Assembly (NCBI GenBank): GCA_937922985.1 | Contig: CALAKV010000038.1 | Span: forward strand, 3,857-67,856 | Source: an uncultured bacterium | GTDB taxonomy: Bacteria > Patescibacteriota > Saccharimonadia > Saccharimonadales > Saccharimonadaceae | DNA: 64,000 nt | Direction of reading: 5' to 3' | In this document: positions 36,035 through 46,703 of the stretch, piece by piece | Position numbering within the stretch: the stretch's first letter is position 1 | How the letters are laid out: each line of letters starts with the position of its first letter | Translations under genes and position numbers: made by a program | Notes under the pieces: model-generated | Database searches by the model: none | The model's input: the letters and a program-made list of their open reading frames with translations, nothing else | What the model was told of the DNA's origin: nothing

Positions 36035-36757
36035 TTATTTATTCAATACTTTCAGAACATAGAATCTCTCTTGATTACCCTTAGAGCCTTTTACTCCACT
36101 ATCTCTTTTATTTTTTATGTATAAATTATTTATACGACACCAATTTTCGAATTCTTGAAGTATTCTTCTTCGATATGAATTATTTTTAACGATACCGTTA
36201 GTAGTTCCATTTTTACCTGCTTCGAATTGCGGCTTAACCATTGCAATTATTAGTGTGTCTTTATTAGATAATTTCGTAACGCTCGGTAAAATTTCTTTTA
36301 TAGATATAAAACTAACATCAATAACAACTAAATCAATTTTTTGACTCGTGTTAAAATCTCTTATATCTGTTTTTTCATGAAGTTCAACTTTTTTGTTCAC
36401 TCTTAACTTTGGATGAAGTTGGTTTGTACCAACATCGACAGCAATAACTTTTTTTGCACTATTCCTCAATGAATAATCTGTAAATCCACCAGTGCTTGAA
36501 CCAACATCTAAAACAACTTTATCTTTAAAATTAATTTTCATTATTTTTGCAACACTTTCAAGCTTAAGACCTGCCCTTGAAACATATTGAATATCTTGAA
36601 GGAGCTTTATATCTGAATCAATATTAGTAAAAAATCCAGGCTTAGTCCTTTTTATACCATCAACAAAAACTTTACCCAGTTTAATATAGCTCTCAGCCTG
36701 AGAACGGCTATCAACTATCTTTCTTTGAGTTAATAAAATGTCTAGTCTAGTTTTCAC
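36035..36757 (-). CDS. tlyA: TlyA family rRNA 2'-O-methyltransferase (start uncertain)
   Basis: It has an S4 domain (KTRLDILLTQRKIVDSRSQAESYIKLGKVFVDG) and SAM motif VLDVGSSTGGFTD. The GTG at 36757 lies 7 nt after a TATAAT, so the mRNA may be leaderless. The ORF track extends to 36811. Confidence 0.8.
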   Translation of the reverse strand: MKTRLDILLTQRKIVDSRSQAESYIKLGKVFVDGIKRTKPGFFTNIDSDIKLLQDIQYVSRAGLKLESVAKIMKINFKDKVVLDVGSSTGGFTDYSLRNSAKKVIAVDVGTNQLHPKLRVNKKVELHEKTDIRDFNTSQKIDLVVIDVSFISIKEILPSVTKLSNKDTLIIAMVKPQFEAGKNGTTNGIVKNNSYRRRILQEFENWCRINNLYIKNKRDSGVKGSKGNQERFYVLKVLNK

Positions 36758-36877
36758 ATTGTATATTATACCACATTTTATCTTAAAAATATATACAGGC
36801 TTATTGTTCAATTTTTTTATACAATAAAAATAAGCTGGTTCTTAAAATTCCAGCCTATTTCTTAATAATAACCTTAA

Positions 36878-37438
36878 TTATTTTTGGCGTTCTCGATACT
36901 CACCAGTTGAAGTGTCAACAGAGATGATGTCATTCTCCTTAATAAAGGCAGGTACTTTAACTGTAATTCCAGTTTCAAGTTCAGCATCTTTCAAAACGCT
37001 TGAAGTTGTATCACCTTTTACCACATTTTCAGTATAGACAACTTTTAACCAAACATTTTTTGGTAACTCAATGTTAATAACCTTCCCATCAAAAAATTGC
37101 AAATTTAATTCTTCTGCTTCTTTCAAATATCCAGCAGCTTCATCAATAATTTCCTTTGAAAGTTGAAATTGCTCAAAAGTCTCTGGGTCCATAAAATGAA
37201 AATCTTCACCGTCATTATAGAGATATTGAACTTTTTTATTCGAAACCTCTGCTGGTTCAACTTTATCTTGACCCTTAAAAGTTTTTGGCAATAAAGCCCC
37301 CGTAATAAGGTTCTTAATTTTTAAACTTACGATGCTTCCACCACGACCAACAACTTTTTGGTTATATTCAACCACTCTATATGGCTGACCATCAAGCTGA
37401 AAAACTACACCTTTTTTTAGATCAGTTGGCTGATACAT
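36878..37438 (-). CDS. efp: elongation factor P
   Basis: MYQPTDLKKGVVFQLDGQPYRVVEYNQKVVGRGGSIVSLKIKNLITG. Confidence 0.95.
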   Translation of the reverse strand: MYQPTDLKKGVVFQLDGQPYRVVEYNQKVVGRGGSIVSLKIKNLITGALLPKTFKGQDKVEPAEVSNKKVQYLYNDGEDFHFMDPETFEQFQLSKEIIDEAAGYLKEAEELNLQFFDGKVINIELPKNVWLKVVYTENVVKGDTTSSVLKDAELETGITVKVPAFIKENDIISVDTSTGEYRERQK

Positions 37439-37509
37439 TTTCCTCCTTAAATTATTTTAAAAATAAATCTTCCCTACCCAGTTTTGAGCAAGGAAGATTC
37501 GAAAATCAA

Positions 37510-37710
37510 TTAAGCATTTGTTACGAATGCTAGCAACGCCAAATGACGAGCTCGTTTGATAGCAACTGTCAATTGTCGTTGTTGTTTAGCGCTCAAACCA
37601 GTTTTTGTAGCTGGCTCAATTTGACCATAAATGTTAACAAATTTTTGCAAAGTTTTAACATCTCGGTAATCAAAATACGCTGGGATTTCTCGTTTAAATC
37701 GTTTAGCCAT
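37510..37710 (-). CDS. rpsR: 30S ribosomal protein S18
   Basis: 66 aa: ...[49 protein letters not shown]. Confidence 0.95.
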   Translation of the reverse strand: MAKRFKREIPAYFDYRDVKTLQKFVNIYGQIEPATKTGLSAKQQRQLTVAIKRARHLALLAFVTNA

Positions 37711-37727
37711 TTTACTCCTTAATTAAA

Positions 37728-38159
37728 TTAGAATGGAATATCGGATAGGTCGATTGGTTCATCTGAAAAGTCATCGCCGATAGTTGGCTCTTCATTTTTT
37801 TGTACTGAAGATGCGCTTCCACTGCGATTTCCATCACTCACAAAGCTAAATTCTTCAACTACAACATCAATCGCACTTCGATTTTTGCCAGTATCTTTAT
37901 CTTGCCAAGTTCGTTGTTGCAAACGACCGCTCACAAGTAGTTGGCGACCTTTCGAAACATATTTTGAAATTGTTTCGCCAGTTTTACCCCAAGCAGTACA
38001 GTTAATGAAGCTGGTTTCTTCTTGGCGTTCACCGTTGGTACTATTCCAAGTTCGGTTGATAGCAAGAGTGAAACTTGCAAGATTTTGGCCGTTTGGAGTT
38101 GTTCGAAGTTCTGGGTCTGCAGTTAAGTTTCCCATCAAAATTACTTTGTTAAAAGCCAT
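37728..38159 (-). CDS. ssb: single-stranded DNA-binding protein
   Basis: MAFNKVILMGNLTADPELRTTPNGQNLASFTLAINR..., with an acidic C-terminal DLSDIPF tip. Confidence 0.95.
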   Translation of the reverse strand: MAFNKVILMGNLTADPELRTTPNGQNLASFTLAINRTWNSTNGERQEETSFINCTAWGKTGETISKYVSKGRQLLVSGRLQQRTWQDKDTGKNRSAIDVVVEEFSFVSDGNRSGSASSVQKNEEPTIGDDFSDEPIDLSDIPF

Positions 38160-38184
38160 AACTATCTTCTATCCTATTCTTAAA

Positions 38185-38496
38185 TTATTTTTCTTCTGAT
38201 TCTACAACTGGTCGTGCTTCTGCTTTAACAAGCAAATATCGCAAAACTTCGTCGGTAATGTTCAAAGTGTTACTGATTTTTAGAGGTGCAGCAGCTGGAA
38301 GTTTAACATCCATTGCAACATAAATTGCAAAATCCTGAACTTTAATAGTGTAAGCAAGTTTTTTCTTGCCCCAGTTGTCTTCTTTTGCAATTTCACCGCC
38401 GTTAGCAGTAATCAAACTTCGAACCTTATCAAGCACTTTTTCAAGATCGCTTTCGAAGTCTGGATGAACAAGAACTGTAAGTTCGTAATCCTTCAT
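38185..38496 (-). CDS. rpsF: 30S ribosomal protein S6
   Basis: MKDYELTVLVHPDFESD...WGKKKLAYTIK. It sits in the conserved rpsF-ssb-rpsR order. Confidence 0.9.
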   Translation of the reverse strand: MKDYELTVLVHPDFESDLEKVLDKVRSLITANGGEIAKEDNWGKKKLAYTIKVQDFAIYVAMDVKLPAAAPLKISNTLNITDEVLRYLLVKAEARPVVESEEK

Positions 38497-38671
38497 TTTT
38501 ACTCCTTTGGTTAAAGCCTATTCTTTCAAATAAGCTGAGCTAATATTCTTTTAAATTATATCATTTTTGGAGAAAAAAATCAATAAAACTCTAATATTTC
38601 TTTAATTTTAAGAATCTATTAAAATATTAATAATAGATATTTAGATTTTCGAAAATAAAAAAATCGGCAAA

Positions 38672-40942
38672 TTATTCACCGATCTCTTCATAGCTCGAAA
38701 CTAAAACCTCGCGAGGTTTTGAACCATTTGGCGGACCAACAATTCCTTTATCTTCCATATCATCGATCAATTTTGCGGCACGACTATAACCAATTCCGAG
38801 CCTACGTTGCAAATAGCTAGTTGAAGCTTTTCGTGCTTCAATTACAATTTTTACAGCCGTTTCGAAAGTTTCATCAACCGAAGAGCTACCGCCGTTAATC
38901 ATAACACCGCCAATTGAGCTTGGTGTTTGAACTGGTTGCGAAATAACTTCGTCATTATATTGTGGCGGTCCTTGCGAACGAATAAAATTGGTTACTCGTA
39001 GAACTTCCTCATCAGTCACCCAAGCTCCCTGAACACGCTTCAAATTAGAAGCTCCATTCATATAGAAAAGCATATCACCATAACCAAGGAGTTTTTCAGC
39101 ACCACCACGATCAAGAATTGTTCGAGAATCACCATTTGCCGCGACCTTAAAAGCAATTCGACTCGGAACATTACCTTTAATCAAGCCCGTCACAACGCTA
39201 ACAACTGGTTTTTGAGTTGCAAGAACAAGATGAATTCCAACTGCGCGCGCTTTTTGGGCAATTCGCACAATCATAGCTTCAACATCTTTTGATGCTGCCA
39301 TCATCAAGTCAGCGAGCTCATCAACCACAATTACGATATATGGCAAAGGCTCAAGAAGTTTTGGCTCTTCCCCTTCTGGTGTGCTCTTCTTGATTTTCTC
39401 GTTTTTCGAAATTACATGCTTATTATAGCTCTTGATTTCTTTAATTTTTTCTTCAGCTAAAACACGATAGCGCCGCTCCATTTCATTCACTGCCCAGCGA
39501 AGAGCTGAGAGTGCTTTTTCAGAATCATTAATAATTGGTGTCAAAAGGTGTGGAATATCTTCATAAGCGGTCATTTCTACAACTTTTGGATCAACCATAA
39601 TTAACTTCAATTCGCTTGGTGAATGGCGATAAAGCAAACTCGTTAAAAGTGCATTCATCATTACAGATTTTCCTGAACCAGTTTGACCAGCAATCAAAAG
39701 ATGTGGCATTTTTGCCAAATTTCCAACAACCGGATGGCCAGAAATATCTTTACCTATTGCGAAAGTTAGTGGGTCGTGTGAGTTTTTCCACTCCTTCGAA
39801 TCTAAAACACTATAAAGCCGCACATCGGCCGACTTCAAATTTGGAATTTCAATACCAACTGCACGCTTTCCTGGAATTGGAGCTTCAACGCGAATCGCTT
39901 CAGCCGCCAAATTTAGAGCGATGTTATCACTAAGATTTTCAATTCTGCTTAATTTAACGCCACTTTGCGGAACTAAAGTATATTGAGTTACTCTTGGGCC
40001 AATATTTGCAGCTTCCATTTCAACTTCAATATTAAATTCACTCAAAGTATTCTTAATTGTGCGTGCATTTTGCTCAACATCACCAGCATCAGCAGGAGCC
40101 TGCGATTGCTCAAGTAAACTAAAATCTGGCGCTTTCCATTTTGAATCATCAAAAATATGCCCAGTATTTTCTGGCTTTTGAATTTCTTCTTTCGAAACCT
40201 TCTCCAGCTTCTTTGAAATTCGCATCAAGCCTTTTTTCTCTTTTGGCTCATCTTTTTCTTGTGATTTTTTATCTAATATTGCAACGCCAGCATTTAGTTT
40301 AATTTCTGGTTTTTCTTCAGCAGAATCGTTAACTTTTTTCAATAGCATTGATTCTTTAGCTTTTTCGAAAACCTTGGCATTTTTAGATTCATTTGCGAAA
40401 TCGCTAGTTTTAAGCATTTTGCCAATCTTTTTAATCACCACGATTGGTGAAACTCGTAAAATCGAAAGAAGCGTAATTGAAATTAACAAAAGATAAATAA
40501 TTGCTGCCACCATTGAATTAACCATTGCTAGCATAATTTTATTCGAAACTTCTCCGCTCCAACCTCCATAATGAGCACCGGCTGAAGTTTTAAATAGACC
40601 AAAAAATCCGCTTAGCCAAATTAAAATTAGAATTAGCCCAAAAGTGTTTAAAATTGGAAATCGATTTTGCTCGTCACGAAAGATTTCAACAGCAATAAAA
40701 ATTAGAACTGCCGGCAAAAAGAAAGTTGCCCAGCCCATAAGCCCAAGAAGTGCTTTATGAATTGCAACCAATGCTGAACCGCCAGCGCCAAACCAGCTTA
40801 AAACAAGAAAAAGCGAAAAAGCAATCAAAATAACTGCGCCAACCTGTGCCCAAAAACCAGCTGGCAAAACACTTTGTTTTGGAGCTGAAGCTTTTTTAGA
40901 TTTACCTTTTGTTGATTTTACTTGTTTTTTAGCCATAATCAA
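38672..40942 (-). CDS. ftsK: DNA translocase FtsK
   Basis: 756 aa with N-terminal TM helices, Walker A AGQTGSGKSVMMNAL, Walker B VIVVDELADLM, and a C-terminal gamma wHTH (ASTSYLQRRLGIGYSRAAKLIDDME). Confidence 0.9.
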   Translation of the reverse strand: MIMAKKQVKSTKGKSKKASAPKQSVLPAGFWAQVGAVILIAFSLFLVLSWFGAGGSALVAIHKALLGLMGWATFFLPAVLIFIAVEIFRDEQNRFPILNTFGLILILIWLSGFFGLFKTSAGAHYGGWSGEVSNKIMLAMVNSMVAAIIYLLLISITLLSILRVSPIVVIKKIGKMLKTSDFANESKNAKVFEKAKESMLLKKVNDSAEEKPEIKLNAGVAILDKKSQEKDEPKEKKGLMRISKKLEKVSKEEIQKPENTGHIFDDSKWKAPDFSLLEQSQAPADAGDVEQNARTIKNTLSEFNIEVEMEAANIGPRVTQYTLVPQSGVKLSRIENLSDNIALNLAAEAIRVEAPIPGKRAVGIEIPNLKSADVRLYSVLDSKEWKNSHDPLTFAIGKDISGHPVVGNLAKMPHLLIAGQTGSGKSVMMNALLTSLLYRHSPSELKLIMVDPKVVEMTAYEDIPHLLTPIINDSEKALSALRWAVNEMERRYRVLAEEKIKEIKSYNKHVISKNEKIKKSTPEGEEPKLLEPLPYIVIVVDELADLMMAASKDVEAMIVRIAQKARAVGIHLVLATQKPVVSVVTGLIKGNVPSRIAFKVAANGDSRTILDRGGAEKLLGYGDMLFYMNGASNLKRVQGAWVTDEEVLRVTNFIRSQGPPQYNDEVISQPVQTPSSIGGVMINGGSSSVDETFETAVKIVIEARKASTSYLQRRLGIGYSRAAKLIDDMEDKGIVGPPNGSKPREVLVSSYEEIGE

Positions 40943-40982
40943 TTTATATTATATCACAAAAACGTTTTTTCGAAAACTATTT

Positions 40983-41939
40983 TTAACTCTTTAATTTGCT
41001 AGCAATTTCAAGAATTGTTGACTCAACTAAATTCCAAGGATCAACACTTTCAGTTTTAATAATTTCATCTACCTGCGTGAATTTCGAAACAATCTCAGCA
41101 AGTTGGCTTTCGCTCAGATTTTGCACAAAATTCTCCATTTTTCCTAAAGCCCAAGTATTCGCACCGATTTCTTTAGCAATTTCTGCCGTAGTTTTCCCAA
41201 TATTTTTACCGATTTTTAAAGCTACTAAATTAAAAATTTGTGTTGAAATCATTCCTAAAAAGCGAAAAGCTCCGTCTTCGCCATCTGTAATTTTTAATTT
41301 CGAAAACTCCTCTTGTAATTTCAAAATATCGCCCAAAAATATCAGTTCGATAATTGAAAATGCATTGCTCTCAATATTCTGCGGAACAAATTCACGAATA
41401 TTTTGTTCATTAGCCTCGCCAATTAACGCTATTTTTTCGATTGCATCACGTATTCGCCATTCATCAACACCAACCCAAGAAATCAAAAAACTCGCCGTTT
41501 TATTATCAAGCGACAAACCTTGTTTTTTTGCAAAAAGTCGTGCAAACTCTGACAAATTTTTCGAATCTCTTGCGGTTAAATTCTTAAATTCATATAGTTC
41601 AACAATTTTCGAAATCGCCTTATAAACAACCGATCGCTTATCAATTTTATATTCAACCAAGCAAAGATGAACATCAGTTGAAATTCTTGGTAAAATTTCA
41701 GCTAAATCCTGCCAAATTTCTGAATTTTCACTCAAATTTCGGATATAAACAAAACGTTTTTCAGATAACAAGCTAACGCCACAAATTAAACTCACGAAAT
41801 CACTCTTCGAAAGCTCGTCAGAGTTACTTTTTTGAATTTCAAAACCAGATTTTTCAGCATCAATCTTCATTTTAGCGAGTTGAGCAGTGCGTTCATAAGA
41901 GTTATCGCCATAAAGAATCGTTATTTTTCCACCAATCAT
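40983..41939 (-). CDS. holA: DNA polymerase III delta subunit
   Basis: 318 aa with length and N-terminal pattern (ILYGDNSYERTAQL..., FVYIRN) consistent with HolA. Sequence evidence is weak. Confidence 0.55.
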   Translation of the reverse strand: MIGGKITILYGDNSYERTAQLAKMKIDAEKSGFEIQKSNSDELSKSDFVSLICGVSLLSEKRFVYIRNLSENSEIWQDLAEILPRISTDVHLCLVEYKIDKRSVVYKAISKIVELYEFKNLTARDSKNLSEFARLFAKKQGLSLDNKTASFLISWVGVDEWRIRDAIEKIALIGEANEQNIREFVPQNIESNAFSIIELIFLGDILKLQEEFSKLKITDGEDGAFRFLGMISTQIFNLVALKIGKNIGKTTAEIAKEIGANTWALGKMENFVQNLSESQLAEIVSKFTQVDEIIKTESVDPWNLVESTILEIASKLKS

Positions 41940-42820
41940 CAGTCTTCACTACCTTTAATTTTTTGGCAATTTGCGCAAAAATGTGTTCCTCTACCACCAA
42001 CACGAATTTTTGAGATTTCTGTTCCACAACGTTTACAAGGCTCGCCATCTTTATGATAAACGGCGGCATAATTTAAATAATTTCCGCGTGAGCCGTCTGC
42101 ATTAACATAATTTCGGTCGGTTGAGCCACCTCTTTTAATCGATTCATTCATCACAAAACGAATTGCCTCATGCAGATTCACAAAATCTTCGTTCGAAAAA
42201 TCTTTAACTCTAGTTTCAGGGTGAATTTTTGCTCGCCACAAAGCCTCATCAGCATAAATATTTCCAACACCGGCAATAACACTCTGCTCCAAAATCGCAG
42301 GCTTTATCATACTATTTTGTTTTTTCGAAAGACGATTTTTTAAAATTTCAACCGTAAAATTATCTTCAAGAGGTTCAGGACCAAGCTTTTGAAAAAATGG
42401 CAAATTTTCAATTTCTGGTATTGGTAGTAGTTTCATATAACCAAATTTTCGCTGGTCATTAAAAAATAATTTAGTTTCATCTTCAAAATCAATCTCAACT
42501 CTCGTTGATTTATTTGGAAGATCATTCAAAAAATCCTCATTCGGATGACCTGCACCCCAGTTTTCTTCACCACGATAAACCATCTGCCCCGTCATTCGAA
42601 GGTGCGTTACAAGCGACCAACCATTCTCTAGCTCAATAATTATAGCTTTTCCGCGGCGGCGAACATTCGAAATTTTAGCACCAATCATAAAATCCTGAAC
42701 ATCTCTTTCAGCATTCGGAAAACTTTTAGGCCAATCATGTTTAACTTTCGCAATTTTCTTTTTTAAAATTAGTCGATTCAAGCCTCTTACAACTGTTTCA
42801 ACTTCTGGCAATTCTGGCAT
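41939..42820 (-). CDS. mutM: formamidopyrimidine-DNA glycosylase
   Basis: It has the MPELPEVETV N-terminus, an H2TH region, and a C-terminal zinc finger CKRCGTEISKIRVGGRGTHFCANCQ. Confidence 0.95.
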   Translation of the reverse strand: MPELPEVETVVRGLNRLILKKKIAKVKHDWPKSFPNAERDVQDFMIGAKISNVRRRGKAIIIELENGWSLVTHLRMTGQMVYRGEENWGAGHPNEDFLNDLPNKSTRVEIDFEDETKLFFNDQRKFGYMKLLPIPEIENLPFFQKLGPEPLEDNFTVEILKNRLSKKQNSMIKPAILEQSVIAGVGNIYADEALWRAKIHPETRVKDFSNEDFVNLHEAIRFVMNESIKRGGSTDRNYVNADGSRGNYLNYAAVYHKDGEPCKRCGTEISKIRVGGRGTHFCANCQKIKGSED

Positions 42821-43254
42821 TATTCCTCCTTAAATTCTTTCAAAAATTCATTCCAATTTTGATATAAAAATGCATTTATTCCAAGTTTCTTAGCGGCTTC
42901 AACATTCTGCAAAGAATCATCAAAAAAGTAAATTTCATTTAAACAAGCCTCACTTTTATCAATTGCAATTTTAAAAATCTCTTTTGAAGGTTTCGAAAAA
43001 CCAACCTCACCCGAAAGTACCAAGAAATCAAAGAGTTCCTCCTGTTCCTCTTTTGAGAAAAGCTGATTAAACTGATATTGTGCGACATTAGATAAAACGC
43101 CGATTTTCGAACCTTTAGCTTTATTTTTTCGAATAAAATTCAACAAATTTTGATCCTTTTGCCAAGTATACTCAAAAAGATGCTCCGAAGAAGGCTGGCG
43201 AGAAACCAGCACTCCGAAGCAGTCAAAAATCAAAACTTTAGCGTTTAATTTCAT
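42820..43254 (-). CDS. HAD-superfamily hydrolase-like protein
   Basis: 144 aa with VLIFDCFGVL (motif I-like), VLSN (motif II) and FFDD (motif IV). Confidence 0.5.
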   Translation of the reverse strand: MKLNAKVLIFDCFGVLVSRQPSSEHLFEYTWQKDQNLLNFIRKNKAKGSKIGVLSNVAQYQFNQLFSKEEQEELFDFLVLSGEVGFSKPSKEIFKIAIDKSEACLNEIYFFDDSLQNVEAAKKLGINAFLYQNWNEFLKEFKEE

Positions 43255-43903
43255 TTATTCCAAGATCGCGAACGATTTGTTCATGTCCAGGAACTTGCGC
43301 AATGAACAAATTTTGCAATTGTTTTGTATTTGCAATAAGTGAGCCTTTTGAACCCGAGCAAGTTGAAGTCCAGAGGTGTTTTTCAGTTTTGTCATCTTTT
43401 AGCATTGAAAAATCATAAAGATGGCCAGTAGCACAAACACCAGCTAAATCATCTGCCTCGCCACTAAAAGGAGTTCCTTTCATCATATTTGCTTTATTTA
43501 AAGCATTCACAAATTGTGTGTAAGATTCGGCATTGTTATCAAGCTTAACTTCTTTAATTACTTCACCAAGATAACCCTTGTAAGTTGTGAGTTTTCGAAA
43601 TTTTGGTGAAACCTCAACTGTGTAAGAACGAAAATTCTCTTGTGCAACAATCGGCCCACGAACCACCATTTTAACACTGCGGTTTTGATCAGCGCTTAAC
43701 AATTCTTTACTTGAAGGCGAATTATCTTCTTTCGAAGTTTCATTGTTCGCCTGTTGAGCTTGGTCTGAACTATTTCCACCATTCATAAATGCGTTAACAA
43801 TTGTTACAACTGTAATAATTGAAAGAATTGCAATCGCAATAATCAATAAAATTGGTGCAATTCGTATAATTTTTTCTTTCATCTTAACCTTTCCCCACCA
43901 CAT
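43238..43903 (-). CDS. hypothetical membrane-anchored exported protein
   Basis: 221 aa with one N-terminal TM segment. I recognise no domain. Confidence 0.5.
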   Translation of the reverse strand: MWWGKVKMKEKIIRIAPILLIIAIAILSIITVVTIVNAFMNGGNSSDQAQQANNETSKEDNSPSSKELLSADQNRSVKMVVRGPIVAQENFRSYTVEVSPKFRKLTTYKGYLGEVIKEVKLDNNAESYTQFVNALNKANMMKGTPFSGEADDLAGVCATGHLYDFSMLKDDKTEKHLWTSTCSGSKGSLIANTKQLQNLFIAQVPGHEQIVRDLGINEIKR

Positions 43904-44917
43904 TTAGTCTAAATATTCATGAAGCTTTTTCGAATCTTTGTGCTTTTTGAGTTTCATTAAAGCTTTAGCTTCAATCTGGCGAATCCGCTCGCGAGTTACC
44001 GCAAATTCAAGACCAACTTCTTCAAGCGTATGACTTTTTGTGCCATTTAAACCAAAACGCATTTCAAGAATTTTCCGCTCACGATCAGAAAGTGTTGAAA
44101 GAATTTCACGAACTTGTTCTTTCAAAAGCTGAACCGTTGCGGATTCTTCTGGGCTAGCAGTGTCTTCATCTTCGATAAAATCACCAAGTGTTGATTCTTC
44201 GCCCTCCTCGCCATCACGACCAATTCCAGCGTCCAAAGAAGTAATATCTTGCTTAATTTTTTGGATATATTCAATTTTTTCAACATCCATATCCATTTCT
44301 TTAGCGAGTTCCTGGTTGGTTGGCTCACGGTTTAACTCTTGCGTTAATCGGCGAGAAGTTCGCATAAGTTTATTAATCGTTTCAACCATATGAACAGGAA
44401 TTCGAATGGTCCGAGCTTGGTCGGCAATTGCGCGTGTAATTGCCTGCCGAATCCACCAAGTTGCATAAGTTGAGAATTTAAAACCTTTACTTGGGTCGAA
44501 TTTATCGACCGCACGAAGAAGCCCCGTGTTCCCTTCTTGAATTAAGTCAAGTAGCTCTAAACCACGGCCAGAATATCTTTTCGCAATTGAAACAACCAAA
44601 CGCATGTTTGCTTCAGCCATTTTATCTTTTGCACGTTGATCACCCTGCATTGCCTTTTCAGCAAGCTTGGTCTCTTTTTCGAGCGAAAGGAGTGGAATCT
44701 TACCAATTTCACGAAGATACATTCGAACGCTATCATCTGTTATATCATCGTTATAAGCACCATTCAATAAATCTTCTTCAGTAATATCTTCTTCATCTTC
44801 AACCGCAAGGTCGTCAAAATCCGGTTCGAAATCATCAAGCGAAAGAGTTGCATCCACAATGCCGTCTTCATTTAGAATTTCTTCTGGTAGTTCTTTTTTA
44901 CTCTTACCTTTTACCAC
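43904..44917 (-). CDS. rpoD: RNA polymerase primary sigma factor
   Basis: It has regions 1.2 to 4.2: [62 protein letters not shown]. Confidence 0.95.
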   Translation of the reverse strand: MVKGKSKKELPEEILNEDGIVDATLSLDDFEPDFDDLAVEDEEDITEEDLLNGAYNDDITDDSVRMYLREIGKIPLLSLEKETKLAEKAMQGDQRAKDKMAEANMRLVVSIAKRYSGRGLELLDLIQEGNTGLLRAVDKFDPSKGFKFSTYATWWIRQAITRAIADQARTIRIPVHMVETINKLMRTSRRLTQELNREPTNQELAKEMDMDVEKIEYIQKIKQDITSLDAGIGRDGEEGEESTLGDFIEDEDTASPEESATVQLLKEQVREILSTLSDRERKILEMRFGLNGTKSHTLEEVGLEFAVTRERIRQIEAKALMKLKKHKDSKKLHEYLD

Positions 44918-46640
44918 TATTCAGCTCCTTATTTAATTGCATAATTTCCATCAAAATCTTCATTTTCAAATTTTCATCACCTTGAATTTCAGCATCTTCG
45001 AGTTGCTCTTGAAGATTTACTTTTTGTTCTTGTAAATTTTGGGTTTTAATTTTATGAATCAAACGCTTCATTTCGTCGGTGGCACTGCCTTTTATATTCC
45101 CGAGTCGTTCGTCAGCCTTTAATAGAAGTATTTTAACATAATCATCGAAGTTTTTCAAGAGATCAAGATCATTTGATTTAAAAATTTGCAGAATTTGATT
45201 TCGCTGCTTATCGTGCAAAATATCATCTTGCAACTCACTCAACATTTCAGCAAACTTCTGTTCTTTAATCGCAAGAGCTAGCAAATCATCTTCATAAATA
45301 TATTCATCAACAAATTTCTCGTCAGTTTTTTCAATTTTTATTCGCCTTTTCGGCTTAACTGGCCTAGGCTTTTCGTCAAATTTTCCGAGTAATGTTGTTT
45401 TCGAAACACCAATCCTTTTCGAAATTTGTTCAATATAAAAATCTTTTTCCACAGGGTCATTTAAGTTTTCCACAAGTTTTAGTGCTATTGTGGAAAACTC
45501 TTTTTTTCCCACAGCGGTTGTAATATTTAGTCGTTTTTCATATTGGTCAAAAATCCATTCTATCGCCGGTTGTGGTTTTGAAATTGAATCCTTCCAAAGT
45601 TCCAAATCTTTTTGAATTAATTCATCTGGGTCTTTAGCTTCACCCGCCGATTGGTTTAAGGTAATAATCGAAAGTTCCACGCCAGCTTGCTGGCCCAATG
45701 AAATCGCTCGCTCGGTAGCGCTAATTCCAGCCTGATCACTATCGAAGCAAAGGCGAACATCATTCGAAAACCTACCAAGAGCCTTCAAATGATGAACTGT
45801 CATTGCCGTACCAGCTGTTGCAACCACATTTTTCACACCAGCTTGATGGCTCGAAATTACATCCATATTTCCTTCAACCACAACCACAAAACCAGCTTTT
45901 CGAATTTCATTTTTTGCTTGAGAAAGTCCAAAAATGTTTGAAGATTTATCATAAAGCAAAGTTTGAGGCGTGTTTAAATATTTTGGTGCGTTTGGCTCAT
46001 CTTTAATAATTCGACCAGTAAAACCAACTGGCGACCCGCCTGAATCCTGCAAAGCAATCACCATTCGATTTCGAAAAATATCGCCGCCAAAGCGGTTTAG
46101 CAGCCCAGCATCACGAATATCACTCATTGCAAAACCCTTTTTTAGTAAAAAATTCGTGAGTATTTTTTGACTATTTGGAGCAAAACCGATTTTGAATTCC
46201 TGTACAATTTCTTTCGAAAGTTTACGATTTTTAAAAACATAATTCAAAGCTTCTTTATTACGAACCAACATATGCTGATAAAAATTTGCACTAATTTGCA
46301 AAATTTTTCGAAGTCGTTCTTTTTTTTCAGAAATTTCTCTTGAACGCTTCGAATCAAAAGTTTCAATTTCAACGCCAGCTTTTCGCGCCAGAAATTCTAA
46401 GGCCTCGCGGAAATTCATTCCTTCAACTTCCATAATAAAACCAAAGATATCGCCGCCTTTTCCAGATGAAAAATCGTGCCAGATTTGTTTATCGGGGCTA
46501 ATTATAAAGCTCGGAGTTCGCTCATTTGTCCAAGGGCTAAGTGCTTTAAAATTACGCCCAGTTCGCTTGAGCTCAAGATATTCGCCAGCCAAATCTTCAA
46601 TGCTTATTCTTGCTTTAATTTCATCTCTGGCATCATTCAT
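44904..46640 (-). CDS. dnaG: DNA primase
   Basis: It has a zinc-ribbon-region remnant ([30 protein letters not shown]) and Toprim motifs ([19 protein letters not shown]). A 14-nt overlap with rpoD matches the conserved dnaG-rpoD operon. Confidence 0.9.
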   Translation of the reverse strand: MNDARDEIKARISIEDLAGEYLELKRTGRNFKALSPWTNERTPSFIISPDKQIWHDFSSGKGGDIFGFIMEVEGMNFREALEFLARKAGVEIETFDSKRSREISEKKERLRKILQISANFYQHMLVRNKEALNYVFKNRKLSKEIVQEFKIGFAPNSQKILTNFLLKKGFAMSDIRDAGLLNRFGGDIFRNRMVIALQDSGGSPVGFTGRIIKDEPNAPKYLNTPQTLLYDKSSNIFGLSQAKNEIRKAGFVVVVEGNMDVISSHQAGVKNVVATAGTAMTVHHLKALGRFSNDVRLCFDSDQAGISATERAISLGQQAGVELSIITLNQSAGEAKDPDELIQKDLELWKDSISKPQPAIEWIFDQYEKRLNITTAVGKKEFSTIALKLVENLNDPVEKDFYIEQISKRIGVSKTTLLGKFDEKPRPVKPKRRIKIEKTDEKFVDEYIYEDDLLALAIKEQKFAEMLSELQDDILHDKQRNQILQIFKSNDLDLLKNFDDYVKILLLKADERLGNIKGSATDEMKRLIHKIKTQNLQEQKVNLQEQLEDAEIQGDENLKMKILMEIMQLNKELNSGKR

Positions 46641-46703
46641 ATCTATATTTTAACATAAAAAGCAGCCCTCATCAATCAAAAAATGGGCTGCAATTTCAGA
46701 AAA

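Noticed and set aside
40996-41625. 209-aa plus-strand ORF antisense to holA
   Set aside because: It is embedded in the holA coding region, has a Ser/Phe/Ile-rich composition and no start context. It is most likely a shadow ORF.
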